From positions 44,395-108,394 of IMG/VR virus record IMGVR_UViG_2599185230_000001: a DNA stretch of 64,000 nucleotides, one strand, 5' to 3'. Positions 29,914 to 39,955 of the stretch are shown here, piece after piece; positions within the stretch are counted from its first letter, which is position 1, and each line of letters opens with the position of its first letter. The notes below the pieces were generated by a model. The model had not been told where the DNA came from, ran no database searches, and was given only the letters and a program-made list of their open reading frames with translations. This DNA is from a virus (taxonomy: Duplodnaviria > Caudoviricetes). Both the position numbers and the translations under genes were made by a program.

Positions 29914-30664
29914 TTAAAATTCCCCCTTCCAACTTCTGTACGGTTTGTATAACGTCGTCGGCATGGTTTGAAAGCCATCCACGGTAATTAGTTTCAAGGC
30001 TATGGAAGGCAACCATAGGCATGTTTTTGAAGTGTTCCATATAAATTTCAAACGGGGTAAGGCCAGCCACCCGCCTTAATTTCCGGTTATCATTTTGGCG
30101 AAGGCTTCCCAGTGTTACCACTTTGCAGTCGTCATCACAGCGGGTGTAAGCGGTTTGCAGTTCTTCCAAGTCAAAGCTTTGGGCTTCGTCTAATATCACG
30201 TAAGCCCGCTTCCAGTTGAGGCCCCGAATAAAGGCGGTGCTTATGGCCTCCACCTTTGGGGGTTCCCTGCGTGTAAAGTCGGCTCGTGTCCACTTCTCAA
30301 ACAGTCCAGGCTGTACTTGTTCCAAAGCCCCGATTAACGGGGTCATGTAAGGCAGTTCCTTGTCCCCAACCGTACCGGGCAGAAAGCCCATTTCACGCAA
30401 GGGGATTGTGTTTCGAACATAAACTAGCTTGTCATAATGGCCCACTTCTACTTCATACGCCCCGCATAGTACGGCCAGAGTTGTTTTTCCGGTGCCTGCC
30501 CTTGCTTCGCAGAAGACGGCTTGTACTTCTTCAACAGACGCCCACAGGCTTTGCACAAAATTAAATTGGCTTTCGTTAGCTAGAACATTTACACCCCGTT
30601 CTTCAAGCCACTTGTATTTAATGTCGCCGCCTTTTCTTTTTGCCACTTTTCGCCCTCCCGTCAA
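29900..30664 (-). CDS. PhoH-family ATPase
   Basis: ARAGTGKT, GFLPG, FIRG, ILDEAQ, LGSLRQND. Confidence 0.88.
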   Translation of the reverse strand: MTGGRKVAKRKGGDIKYKWLEERGVNVLANESQFNFVQSLWASVEEVQAVFCEARAGTGKTTLAVLCGAYEVEVGHYDKLVYVRNTIPLREMGFLPGTVGDKELPYMTPLIGALEQVQPGLFEKWTRADFTRREPPKVEAISTAFIRGLNWKRAYVILDEAQSFDLEELQTAYTRCDDDCKVVTLGSLRQNDNRKLRRVAGLTPFEIYMEHFKNMPMVAFHSLETNYRGWLSNHADDVIQTVQKLEGGILNGCA

Positions 30665-30710
30665 TTAGAGAAAAAGAAAGGGGAAGTAGTCGGCCTTCCC
30701 CAGCGGTGCA

Positions 30711-31400
30711 TTAATTTTTAAAATACATTGTCAGGGTCATCATTAGTATTGGTTTTGCTTCTTCGGTCTCAAACGAAGGCACATCTTCCAGTTGATTGAT
30801 TGGAAAGCCCGCCTTGGCTAGGTCTTCCAGTTGTTGTTCGCGGCTGCGAGGATTTAGCACTGTATCAAAAAATTCGTCATCCACTACTTGGCCGTCAAAG
30901 TTGGCCCATTTTTCTTTATCTTGAGCCTTTAGTTTTAAAATGGGATTCAGGCTATACACGGTGTCCATTTTGTTTCCGGTGCGTTTAAAGGTAAACGCCA
31001 CTTCGCCCAGGTCGTCCTTATAGCTTTCAATAGTATCAATAAGGTTTGCAGCTTGGCCTTTGGTGGCGTCAAATATCCTAATTGTGCCATCGTCAATATC
31101 GGCCATAGCAAACAGGTAGCGTTTGCGGGCGTATAGCTTTTCGAATTCTTCCAGGCCAGAGTTTGCAGCTTCGCACAGGGCACATTTTTTGCTAGCTGGG
31201 TCGGTACAGGGCTGGGTGTAAATGCCCAGACCATAATCACCATGGGCTTTATATTCAACGTAATCAATGGGGCTTAATAATCTTACCCGTACACTGTCCC
31301 CGTCTTTCAAACGAATGTATACCTTTTTAAAGTCAACGCTTTGGGCTTTCTTTTTGGCACTTTCACCAGCGGCTTGGCCTCTTGCAGTAATTACTGACAT
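30711..31400 (-). CDS. Phage ssDNA-binding protein (gp32-like); C-terminus apparently frameshifted
   Basis: RLKDGDSVRVRLL, H/C/C/C Zn ligands; the alternative frame ends in an acidic NDDPDNVF tail. Confidence 0.7.
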   Translation of the reverse strand: MSVITARGQAAGESAKKKAQSVDFKKVYIRLKDGDSVRVRLLSPIDYVEYKAHGDYGLGIYTQPCTDPASKKCALCEAANSGLEEFEKLYARKRYLFAMADIDDGTIRIFDATKGQAANLIDTIESYKDDLGEVAFTFKRTGNKMDTVYSLNPILKLKAQDKEKWANFDGQVVDDEFFDTVLNPRSREQQLEDLAKAGFPINQLEDVPSFETEEAKPILMMTLTMYFKN

Positions 31401-31466
31401 GATTAAATCCCCTTTCCTTATTTGAAAAATATTTTGTGATGGTGTACTATAAAAGGGACAGGATAC

Positions 31467-32096
31467 CTAACTTGCTTTTAATAATTCCGCTTCACAATGC
31501 AGCCTATATGTTTTTTTGGCCCGTGAAACGGTTTTTCTAATCTTGGGGCTGTAACGGTTGCTACCCAATACAGCCGCTATTTCTTCGTTAGTGTATCCGT
31601 CAATTAATAACAGAATTATTTTGCTGTATTGCTTGTGGGCTTTCGCTACAAAGTCCGCAAGCAATTTTTTTGCGTCTAAACGGTCTATTATTTCATCTTC
31701 CAGGCTTTTTCTTATGAATTTACCACTTAGTCGAAGGTTTTCTAATCGGTCAAGCCCAGAGGTGTATATGGGCGGTAGTCCTTCTTTATATCTACGTTGG
31801 GCCTTTTTTCTGTTTATTTCTTTTATCAGTTCTCTATTGCATTTGGCTCTATAGTTTCTTATAAACAGCCCGCCTCCTTTGTGGATCAATGCTTCTTCAT
31901 ATAAACATTGTAAAAAAATGCTCTCTAGATCTTCGTACGCTATTCCGTAAATTCTTGTGTTAATATAATGTCTTTTGGCATCCCTCCTTACGATTGAATA
32001 CATAACATGGTAAAGTTCATCAAAGGTATCGGTGTCACGGGTTGCGGCGTACCGGGTGGCCAGTTTATCCGCCAGATCAGCTTCAGCAAGTCCCAA
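31467..32096 (-). CDS. Phage-encoded RNA polymerase sigma factor (ECF/SigH-like)
   Basis: Region 2 FDELY...YEDLESIF; region 4 GYTNEEIAAVLG...RKTVSRAKK. Confidence 0.75.
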   Translation of the reverse strand: MGLAEADLADKLATRYAATRDTDTFDELYHVMYSIVRRDAKRHYINTRIYGIAYEDLESIFLQCLYEEALIHKGGGLFIRNYRAKCNRELIKEINRKKAQRRYKEGLPPIYTSGLDRLENLRLSGKFIRKSLEDEIIDRLDAKKLLADFVAKAHKQYSKIILLLIDGYTNEEIAAVLGSNRYSPKIRKTVSRAKKTYRLHCEAELLKAS

Positions 32097-32142
32097 GTTT
32101 TGTGCCTCCTTATTTGTGTTTTGGCTTGTTGCCCTTTCGGAA

Positions 32143-32173
32143 GCTATCTACCGGAAAATTTTTAAATTGTGAC
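32143..32173 (-). promoter_or_regulatory. Phage-specific promoter motif, copy 3 (upstream of the sigma gene)
   Basis: gctatctaccggaaaa-N9-tgtgac. Confidence 0.75.
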
Positions 32174-32450
32174 ACCTCATTTTAAAAAAATAAAAATACC
32201 TCCAGTTTAGTTGCTACACCTACGCAATCAGCTCATATATGAGCCGTACTCTGTACGCTGTTAGCGTATGTATTGTAATTATTAATGTGCAGGATGTCAT
32301 TATGGAGTGTTTGGCTGCCGCACCAATAAGCCACATATTGGGGGTTTGTAATCTATTGCGTAAGTCTGTGCTTTGTTTGGGAATAATATATAGTTGACAT
32401 AATTAAAAGAGAGTTTTCATGTTACGATTTTCTTGGGGTGGGTTTTTTAT

Positions 32451-32879
32451 ATGGCTATTTCCGCTAGAGATAAAGCCGAGCAATTATTACGACAAGCCGA
32501 AGCCGGTGAATTATTGCAGGAAAAGAGGGCTGAAAAAGGCTGTTCATTAGCACAGGTGGGGGAAATAGTTGGCTGTAGTCCCACCTATTTATCAGAAATT
32601 GAACGGGGCCTTAAATTACCGTCTGATATTTTAATTTCCAAGCTTGCTAGGTTTTATGAAATGGACGAAACGGAATTATTTCATAAATACCGAAAAATAC
32701 CACTGCCCGCTATTGAAGAATTAGAGAAAAATACGGCTTTACAAAAGACACTATTGGAAATAAATAAAAATAAAAATTTGACAGAAGAACAGAAGCACAA
32801 GCTGTACGACAAGCTATATGACATTTATAAGGATTTTGTCAATAAAGGGGGAGGAGGACAAGAAGAAGGAGGGAGTTAA
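32451..32879 (+). CDS. XRE HTH repressor, divergent from the sigma gene
   Basis: SLAQVGEIVGCSPTYLSEIERGLKLPS. Confidence 0.88.
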   Translation: MAISARDKAEQLLRQAEAGELLQEKRAEKGCSLAQVGEIVGCSPTYLSEIERGLKLPSDILISKLARFYEMDETELFHKYRKIPLPAIEELEKNTALQKTLLEINKNKNLTEEQKHKLYDKLYDIYKDFVNKGGGGQEEGGS

Positions 32880-33368
32880 ATGCAAAGTATTTGGCAAGAA
32901 TCTTTAGCGGTGGAAAAATGGCTGGTTGCAAAATTTGGGTGGCCTTTTGTTTTACGACTGGAAGACACCTTATTATTCATTGGTGGCGTGATAATTGGTG
33001 CTTCAATAATGGCCTGGTCATTTGCCTATCTAATACTTCGGGTACGGGATAACTGGATTAAGTACCACGACAAGTTACAGGACTCAGATTTTGCAGCCCT
33101 CCGGGTTGTAGGAGAAAGTGAACACGCCCCCGTTAAGGGGCGGCCATCTATTTATATTGACGGGGGAACGGTAACTGATGTTTTGGACTCCTTTACCTCC
33201 TATTGGTTGTTGCTGTTGTTTCCTAAAAGATACACCGTCTTTAAAAGTCGCAGGCGTGCAAAATACCTTATTTGGCTGCTGTGGGGCCTGTCAATCATCT
33301 TTGCAATTCTTTCCTTCGTTCTGGCCATGCACATATCGGTAATCGGGTATACAGCAACAGCAAAATAA
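32880..33368 (+). CDS. Membrane protein co-transcribed with the repressor (possible exclusion protein)
   Basis: Two hydrophobic segments; function inferred from position only. Confidence 0.6.
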   Translation: MQSIWQESLAVEKWLVAKFGWPFVLRLEDTLLFIGGVIIGASIMAWSFAYLILRVRDNWIKYHDKLQDSDFAALRVVGESEHAPVKGRPSIYIDGGTVTDVLDSFTSYWLLLLFPKRYTVFKSRRRAKYLIWLLWGLSIIFAILSFVLAMHISVIGYTATAK

Positions 33369-33384
33369 AAGCCCCCCGCCTTTA

Positions 33385-34329
33385 TCAATTAAAGTGGGGG
33401 ATCACTGGTTGGATGGCGGCGGCCACGGTTAGAAGTTCATTGCTAGTCAGGTCGTTTACGTCTTTAACAGAGGTAGGTAACGCAACGGCCAGGACTGTTT
33501 TAAAGCCTACTAATTCGGTAGCTATGGTCTGGGCAATACGACGGCCCGCTTTGTCGTTGTCTGTGGCCAATATGAAAGTTTCTATAGGGCTTTGCAATAA
33601 TAATTCCCGCTTTCTGGGAGTCAGGTTCGCCCCGCCCAGGGCCACAGCGGGGAAGCCTGCTTGCCAAAGTGTAATGGCATCAATTTCGCTTTCTACTATA
33701 TAAGCCAGGTTCTTGCCCGCTTTGTAGATGAAGTTAAGGGCGTAAACATGGTTTTTAATTGGTTGGCCGTCGGCATAATACCAGAAGCGTTTATCCGTGA
33801 CACTTCGGAATTTGATGTTTATTAGTTGGCCCATTCGGTCATACCAGGGAAAGGTTACGGCCTTATGTTTCCGGTCGTACCCGACGCGAAAGGCCCTTTG
33901 CCACTTTTCTTCAATGCCTCGCTGCTTATCAAGGTAGGGGTGGCGGTAATTGAATTCATCTAAAACGGCCATGTCCAGGGGCTTGTTTGCTTCTTCAGCC
34001 AGGGTCAGGTCGTAAGTTAATTTTAGCCTGTCCAGGTTGCCCAAGGTCGGGCAGTAAGTTTCCAGTAAATAGTCCTGGGTTTCTTCGTAAGTTTCGTTTC
34101 GAAGGTAGGCCAACAGCTTGACGAAGTTACCCTGCCGCCACTCGTCGCTGATGCTTCCGCTGTCTATAAAAACACCCGTTTCCAGATGAACGGCGAAAGA
34201 AGGGTGCCATTCGTCCCTAAAAGGGGAACAGGCTTGAAATTTCCTTTCCGTCCACCTGGGCCGCCGCCAATCGTATTTGTTGAGTTCGGCGGCTACGTCC
34301 ACGGGGGTTGTATAGCCTTTAATCCGCAT
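33385..34329 (-). CDS. DNA primase (TOPRIM)
   Basis: CSPFR, IVESEIDA, ATDNDKAG. Confidence 0.9.
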   Translation of the reverse strand: MRIKGYTTPVDVAAELNKYDWRRPRWTERKFQACSPFRDEWHPSFAVHLETGVFIDSGSISDEWRQGNFVKLLAYLRNETYEETQDYLLETYCPTLGNLDRLKLTYDLTLAEEANKPLDMAVLDEFNYRHPYLDKQRGIEEKWQRAFRVGYDRKHKAVTFPWYDRMGQLINIKFRSVTDKRFWYYADGQPIKNHVYALNFIYKAGKNLAYIVESEIDAITLWQAGFPAVALGGANLTPRKRELLLQSPIETFILATDNDKAGRRIAQTIATELVGFKTVLAVALPTSVKDVNDLTSNELLTVAAAIQPVIPHFN

Positions 34330-34948
34330 TAGAAATTACCTTTTTATACTCTCTTGCCACTTTATCGCCTTCTATTTCCAGCCATTTTATATACTTGTTA
34401 CCGTCTGCATCTTTGACGGTGTAAACTTTTTTACCGGGGATTACGCCCCGCACGCCACCCCTTGGGTTCTCAACGTCGCCTTTGTAACGGGGTATCAAAT
34501 GGACGTGACAATGGGGTACTGTTTGGCCAGCGTCCCTTAAAACATTAATTCCAATGTTGTACCCGTCGGGCCTGTAAATGTAGTTCAATAAGGACTTGAC
34601 CACTTCAACCATGGCCCAAACGTCTTTCTTCTCGCCGAATTTTAGCTCAAAATAATCTTCAACATGCCGCCTAGGTATTATTAAGGCATGGCCTTCACTA
34701 ACTGGGTAGTTATCATATATTGCAAATACACGTTCCGACGTGGCAATAATACTTCCGGTTTCTTCGGGGCTGCAGAATGGGCAAGTGTCATTTTTTTGGC
34801 CTTCCCAAAAGTCACAGGTTTTTTGCCCGTCCATGCCATAGATGCAATAAGTGTGACAGGTGATTTTGTTAACGGTGCCAGGAAGGGGAATGGGTTTCCA
34901 GTTACCACCTTTTTTTGCTATCCAGCATTTATCCTGCGGTTTTGCCAT
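34319..34948 (-). CDS. HIT-family hydrolase with Cys-rich N-terminus
   Basis: CPFC, YPVSEGHALIIPRRH, AGQTVPHCHVHLIPR. Confidence 0.9.
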   Translation of the reverse strand: MAKPQDKCWIAKKGGNWKPIPLPGTVNKITCHTYCIYGMDGQKTCDFWEGQKNDTCPFCSPEETGSIIATSERVFAIYDNYPVSEGHALIIPRRHVEDYFELKFGEKKDVWAMVEVVKSLLNYIYRPDGYNIGINVLRDAGQTVPHCHVHLIPRYKGDVENPRGGVRGVIPGKKVYTVKDADGNKYIKWLEIEGDKVAREYKKVISNAD

Positions 34949-34962
34949 CAGGCCCCCACCTT

Positions 34963-35124
34963 TCAATTTTCTTCAGTAAATAACGGGCACACGGTTTCGT
35001 CGTCTTCAATAAACATTGAACACTCGGTTATCATTTCGTCGTCACAATATGCACAGCAAGCGTCCGTATATACGCACACTTTGCAAATACAATTTTTACA
35101 AACGCATATTTCACGTACAGACAT
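34963..35124 (-). CDS. 53-aa protein with 10 Cys (not in the ORF track)
   Basis: MSVREICVCKNCICKVCVYTDACCAYCDDEMITECSMFIEDDETVCPLFTEEN; AGGTAGG RBS. Confidence 0.6.
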   Translation of the reverse strand: MSVREICVCKNCICKVCVYTDACCAYCDDEMITECSMFIEDDETVCPLFTEEN

Positions 35125-35152
35125 AAACAGTCCTACCTTTCAAAGTGTTATT

Positions 35153-36406
35153 TTAAAATATGTCGGTCAGTTGGGTTTCCTTGATATAGCCCAGGTTAAA
35201 ATCACAACGGAGTTCAACCACAAGGCCCACACTTGGTTCCCTTGCTTTCTCTATAGCCAGCCGTCCCACGCCTTCAGCCTGATCGAACGTAAGGGCCGTA
35301 GCGGCGTCCTGTATTACGGCTATGGTTTCGCTGTAGTCCGTCAGCTTCGGTGGCTTTACAATTCGAGTGCCGTCTTCATCTTTGTTCTTTTCCTTTTCTG
35401 CGGCTCCAGGGGTTTGGTGTACCACCAGGCCCGCCACGTTATAACGGCCAAAGATTTGGCGGAGGCGGCGGCTTGTGTAAGTCATACCGTCCCGCATTTT
35501 TCCCCTGCCGTGTGCCATAAGGTTAAAGCCGTCTATTATCACCAGTTTTGTTTCCTTATGGGTCTGCAGGTCGCTTTCAACTGCTTCCAGAGTTAGCCCG
35601 TTCGGTAGGTCTTCCATTGTTTTAATAATGTAGCGTGCTTCGTGTTCGCCGTTAAATTGGCTTAAAAAGTCCATGTACTGGCGTTCGTTGTCCAGGTTGC
35701 CCCGCCTTAACTTCACATTGTCAAAATGGCCCGCCAAGGTGTCTAGGCGTAAAGCTTGCTGTCGTTTCGACAACTCTGGGCTGTAGTGCAAAACGTCGAA
35801 GCCATTATTCCAAGCTGCCAGGCCGATGTGTGAAGCCAACCAGCTTTTACCTCTGTTCGTAAAGGCCATCAACAGCACGTAGTCCGAAAGTTCTAGACCG
35901 CCTCCCAGGGCGTCAGTCAAACTAGGATAAGGAGTCGGTATAAATTGCCGTGTCCTGTTTTGTTGGGCCTCTTTGTACCAGTCAGCCCGTTCCAGACCGT
36001 TAGCAGCGTAATCAGTGCCGTCCTGATCGCCCAAGGCCGCTGCCTGTTCAATCTTTTGGGCTTCTTCTCGCAACCATTCCACGAATTTGTCCCCCGGTAA
36101 TTCTGAAAACTTCTTTGTGGCATGGTGCTGTAACAGTTCAAAGGCTTGCCGCTTGGCATACTGGGCTTTGATTTTGTGGCAAAGGTATTTAAAGTCGTCG
36201 GCTACTTCGGGTATATATTCAAAGTTCTCAAATTCGGCCACTACGGTTCTGTAGTCGGGCGTTATATGGTGTTCTCGCACGTAGTCCCGAATAAAGCCAT
36301 ATACAGGCCCCAGGGTGGGGAATTCATTTGCCGTTACGTTGTAGCGGCGTAATATGTTGAGGTCTTTTTCGTCCAGCACCTTACTTAAAAGCTGGGCTTC
36401 TATCAT
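35153..36406 (-). CDS. DnaB-like replicative helicase
   Basis: AFTNRGKSW, YSPE, VIIDG, VHQ. Confidence 0.88.
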   Translation of the reverse strand: MIEAQLLSKVLDEKDLNILRRYNVTANEFPTLGPVYGFIRDYVREHHITPDYRTVVAEFENFEYIPEVADDFKYLCHKIKAQYAKRQAFELLQHHATKKFSELPGDKFVEWLREEAQKIEQAAALGDQDGTDYAANGLERADWYKEAQQNRTRQFIPTPYPSLTDALGGGLELSDYVLLMAFTNRGKSWLASHIGLAAWNNGFDVLHYSPELSKRQQALRLDTLAGHFDNVKLRRGNLDNERQYMDFLSQFNGEHEARYIIKTMEDLPNGLTLEAVESDLQTHKETKLVIIDGFNLMAHGRGKMRDGMTYTSRRLRQIFGRYNVAGLVVHQTPGAAEKEKNKDEDGTRIVKPPKLTDYSETIAVIQDAATALTFDQAEGVGRLAIEKAREPSVGLVVELRCDFNLGYIKETQLTDIF

Positions 36407-37182
36407 TCAGTCCACCCCGCTTTCCGGTAGTCCTTACCGAAGAATTTTACGGGAACGGTAAAGCCCTCAATGCGGGAGGCCGTGCGTTCGTCATATATAT
36501 TTGCAATGGTGGCCAGGGGTTCGTTACTGGTCAGAATTGTGGCCCGTGCTTCTACAGCCCGTTCGTCAATAACCTCGTAAAACTCCCCGTTAAAAGCCGC
36601 CGTGCTTTCCCTAATTCCGGCGTCGTCCAGTACCAATAATTCAGCTTCCATCATTAATTCTTTCAGTTTGTAATACTTGAGGCTGGCTTCTTCATGTAGA
36701 TCCCTGGGGCCACGGAATTGCTTATTAAACACATTCTGAAAACGAGGGACACTTATGAAAAGGGCAGGTACTTTTTTGATGAGCTTTTCCCTTTTGACAT
36801 GTTGTATTACGCGGGCCACCAGGAATTCATTTACCACAGCCACCGCTGCCGTTGTCTTTCCGGTTCCGCTGCCTTTTGGGTTATCTTTATTAGGTACTGA
36901 ATACAGGTAAAGGCCCATATGCTGTTCCTGTACGAAATCCAGAACGTGTTTGCAATAACGGCATATAACTTCCCAGGCCGCTGGATTAGCTTTTCTGAAT
37001 GGGAGTTGGTCAGCTATAATAAAACGGTACGTTTTCGGTATGTCCGCCAGCCCCCATAGCCCACCCGTGCCTGTTTCGCCCTGTAGTTTGGTGTAAGGAA
37101 AGCAAAGGCGGTTGCACTGTCCAGGTTCGCCCGCCTTTTTACATCGCTGGGCCAGCAAACATTTGTCATTTATTACGTCCAT
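36403..37182 (-). CDS. DnaC/IstB-like helicase loader ATPase
   Basis: GSGTGKT, LLVLDD, TILTSN, RTASRI. Confidence 0.88.
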   Translation of the reverse strand: MDVINDKCLLAQRCKKAGEPGQCNRLCFPYTKLQGETGTGGLWGLADIPKTYRFIIADQLPFRKANPAAWEVICRYCKHVLDFVQEQHMGLYLYSVPNKDNPKGSGTGKTTAAVAVVNEFLVARVIQHVKREKLIKKVPALFISVPRFQNVFNKQFRGPRDLHEEASLKYYKLKELMMEAELLVLDDAGIRESTAAFNGEFYEVIDERAVEARATILTSNEPLATIANIYDERTASRIEGFTVPVKFFGKDYRKAGWTE

Positions 37183-37184
37183 CC

Positions 37185-37997
37185 TTACACCTTCTTTCTG
37201 TTAAGGCGTGCCATGATTGCTTCAACGTCTTGGGGTTGTTCCTGTTCTGCCGCTTCCAGGCGTGCCTCCCGTTCTTTTACCTGTTCAACCAAAGCCATAG
37301 CTTCGTTACCCAGCCAGGATGCAATTTGGCCCAGGGTGGGCCGTGGGTATTTGCTATTTTTCCAGCGTTCTTCATATTCGCTAAGAACAACGTCAATAAT
37401 GTCTTTTAATTGATCCGGGGTAAATATCCTTAAAAGCTTTTTGCCGTTCGCCCCGTCGCGGCCCCAGTTAATTGAATAATTGACATTGTAGGTTTCACGG
37501 TATTTATGGGCAAAGTATGTGGCTACAGCCCTTCCGTCTTTTAGTAGTTCTTTATCATTACTTACCGTAGTATTAGATATAAGCTGTATATTGTTAGTGT
37601 TAGTTTCTTGCGACGTTTTACCGTTTAGATAGTTATATGGCTGTAACATTCCAGGGTTAGAAGTGTCATTATTAACTTGACCGTTGAATATTGCTATTAG
37701 GGCGTTGGGTAATATGGAATAAACATTGTTATTATTAAAACCGTTGCCGTGTTTTTCTACGGTTATAATGGGCTTACCGTTAAAGGTGAAGTCTTTTAAT
37801 AATGCTATTAGCCGTATTACCGTATAACGGCTTACCCCCATATCCTGGGCCAGTTGTTCCTGGGTAGGGTAGCATTTACCGCTTTCGTCCATATATGAGG
37901 CCAGAACGGTTAGTAATAGCCAGCGTTCCTTCCCCAGTGCCCGCACGAGGCCGCTTCTAAACGCTTGGGTATAGACACGGAAATAAACTTCACTCAT
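37185..37997 (-). CDS. Replication initiator with N-terminal HTH
   Basis: LASYMDESGKCYPTQEQLAQDMGVSRYTV; AT-rich linker. Confidence 0.8.
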   Translation of the reverse strand: MSEVYFRVYTQAFRSGLVRALGKERWLLLTVLASYMDESGKCYPTQEQLAQDMGVSRYTVIRLIALLKDFTFNGKPIITVEKHGNGFNNNNVYSILPNALIAIFNGQVNNDTSNPGMLQPYNYLNGKTSQETNTNNIQLISNTTVSNDKELLKDGRAVATYFAHKYRETYNVNYSINWGRDGANGKKLLRIFTPDQLKDIIDVVLSEYEERWKNSKYPRPTLGQIASWLGNEAMALVEQVKEREARLEAAEQEQPQDVEAIMARLNRKKV

Positions 37998-38230
37998 TCA
38001 CCCCCGCCCCTTCCCCTGGGTTTTACGCCAAAGCCCCAGGTTTTGTTAGCCGTCCTTACCCAGAAGTCATTGTCACACATGGTACATTCGGGGCATGATT
38101 TCGTCCCGTAAATATTCCTTTTAAATACCCGCCACTCGCCGCAATAGGGGCACCACATCGCGTTTTTGCGATGTCTTCTTTCGTAGTCCGGTTTCTTAAA
38201 AGGTGCCGTTGTAAATTTTTTGTGTGTCAT
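37994..38230 (-). CDS. Small Zn-ribbon protein
   Basis: WCPYC...CPEC. Confidence 0.7.
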   Translation of the reverse strand: MTHKKFTTAPFKKPDYERRHRKNAMWCPYCGEWRVFKRNIYGTKSCPECTMCDNDFWVRTANKTWGFGVKPRGRGGGE

Positions 38231-38250
38231 GTTTTTAACCCCTTTCGTAA

Positions 38251-38281
38251 TGCTTCTACCGGGAAAGGCTTAAAACGTGAC
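38251..38281 (-). promoter_or_regulatory. Phage-specific promoter motif, copy 4 (replication operon)
   Basis: tgcttctaccgggaaa-N9-cgtgac, same spacing as the other copies. Confidence 0.7.
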
Positions 38282-38345
38282 GGAGTAAATTATGGTAACA
38301 AAAAAAATCCCGCCAGCCCAAAGGCCAGCGGGTAGAGTGTAAATT

Positions 38346-38908
38346 CTATTGTTCAACTTTATTAATCCAAGTAATAACAACTTGATAAGCAGCGTCTTCC
38401 GGGTTGTCTTGATACCCAAAAGTGATCTCATCACCTTCTTTTAGTTGATCAGGGTTGGCGTCCAGTTCGGCTTTCAGTTTATCCGACAGGGCATAGGTGG
38501 AAGGATATTTGTTAACTTGAATTTCCACGGTGTTATCATCTGCACGGCCCATGTAGACACCCTGCCCCTGGTGCGTATCTTCATCAGTTGTCCCACTGGG
38601 TGGGACCGGTGTGTCTTCGGGTGGGGTCGGCTGTTTAGGTTGTTGCTGTTCCGGTACTGGTTGCCGTTCCTGCTGAGTTGTTGAGGTTCCGGTGTAGCTT
38701 GCTGTTTTTCCGTCTTGGGTGCTTCTTGTTTTTGCTCTTGCTGCTGTAGTTGTTCCGCTTTCGGCTTTGACACTTCTTCCTGCGTCACCTTTGGCTTTTC
38801 GGTTTGAACCTGTTTCGCCGGTGCATTAAAATGGGTATGAGCCACGGCAAAAAGCAGGGCTATCGCCAAAGCAACAACTACCAGTAAAATGCCGTTCTTC
38901 TCTTGCAA
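38346..38908 (-). pseudogene. Membrane-anchored exported protein, frameshifted
   Basis: N-terminal TM and Q/P/K linker (38474-38908); C-terminal YMGRADDNTVEI domain in another frame (to 38346). Confidence 0.6.
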
Positions 38909-38934
38909 TTAATCTCCCCCTAAAGTGTCATTTT

Positions 38935-39615
38935 TTAGTTTTTTATTTGGGCAAAGTGCTGGGTGAACATTTTACCGTATGGGCCGCCGTCCACAATGCC
39001 TATCCCGATATGAGTAAAGTTAGGGTTTAATATATTGGCCCTATGACCTTGTGAATTCATAAGGGAGGTGTGTGCCCTATCTACACTTGCTGCCCCCGCC
39101 AAGTTTTCGCCAGCACGAGAATAGCTCACGCCCTGGGCGTGTATTAAATCCCACGGAGTTGTTCCTTTTGGTGAAGTATGTGCAAAATAATTACTATTAA
39201 CGAGATCAGAGGATTTTACACGGGCTGATTTAACGAGCCTCATGTCAACAGTTAGCTGTTTTAGACCAGCTTCGGCCCGTTCCTGATTGACCAGGCTTAC
39301 CATTTGCTGCTCGTCAGCAGTCAACCCGCTTGCCGGTGCTGGTTGAGGTTTGGGCTTTGGTTGGGGCTTCGGCTGAGGTGCGGGTTGCGGTTGTTTCGAT
39401 GCAGGGGTTTCTTCGTTGTTCTTATAGATTACGCGGAAGCCGCGTTCTTTAAGATACTGGTAAACAGTGAAATTAGTAGTGTAAAAAGCTACTTTATAAG
39501 CGTAATACTTTTGAACAGATTCGCCTGTGGCAGCTTCGGCTTTGGTCATATACATAAAAAGTCCAGCTAACAAAACGGCTAGAGCCAGTATTACCGCCAT
39601 TGTTTTCTTATTCAT
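38935..39615 (-). CDS. Secreted CAP/SCP-domain protein (YkwD-like)
   Basis: Signal peptide; LVNQERAEAGL, YFAHTSP, GENLA, MNSQGHRANIL. Confidence 0.9.
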   Translation of the reverse strand: MNKKTMAVILALAVLLAGLFMYMTKAEAATGESVQKYYAYKVAFYTTNFTVYQYLKERGFRVIYKNNEETPASKQPQPAPQPKPQPKPKPQPAPASGLTADEQQMVSLVNQERAEAGLKQLTVDMRLVKSARVKSSDLVNSNYFAHTSPKGTTPWDLIHAQGVSYSRAGENLAGAASVDRAHTSLMNSQGHRANILNPNFTHIGIGIVDGGPYGKMFTQHFAQIKN

Positions 39616-39691
39616 TAAAGGTCTTCCCCTTTCGCAAGTAAAAATTAGCCCGCCAGCGTTGGGCCAGCGGGCTTGTTATAACAGGTAATTA

Positions 39692-39925
39692 TTAAAGAGT
39701 CGTTTTGTGGAGCATCTTGGTAACGTCAAACATACCGTTGGCAGACAGAGCAATGATAACGCCATTCATAATGCCTTCCTGAATGTTCGCGGCGGGAAGG
39801 TAGACAATACCAGCAACAATACCGAGTACCAGAGTTACAAGCGGGGCATATTTACCGGGAATGTAACCTTTGACAAATTGGGTCAGTGCCATGATAACTG
39901 CTACAACAAAAGCGGCTTCGTACAT
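39692..39925 (-). CDS. Holin
   Basis: MYEAAFVVAVIMALTQFVK...KYAPLVTLVLGIVAG...LSANGMFD. Confidence 0.8.
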   Translation of the reverse strand: MYEAAFVVAVIMALTQFVKGYIPGKYAPLVTLVLGIVAGIVYLPAANIQEGIMNGVIIALSANGMFDVTKMLHKTTL

Positions 39926-39955
39926 TGTTTCACCCCCTTTCAACGAGCTTCGAAA

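Noticed and set aside
34688-35596. 302-aa plus-strand ORF and many other antisense ORFs in the track
   Set aside because: They are shadows of well-supported minus-strand genes and lack motifs or RBS.
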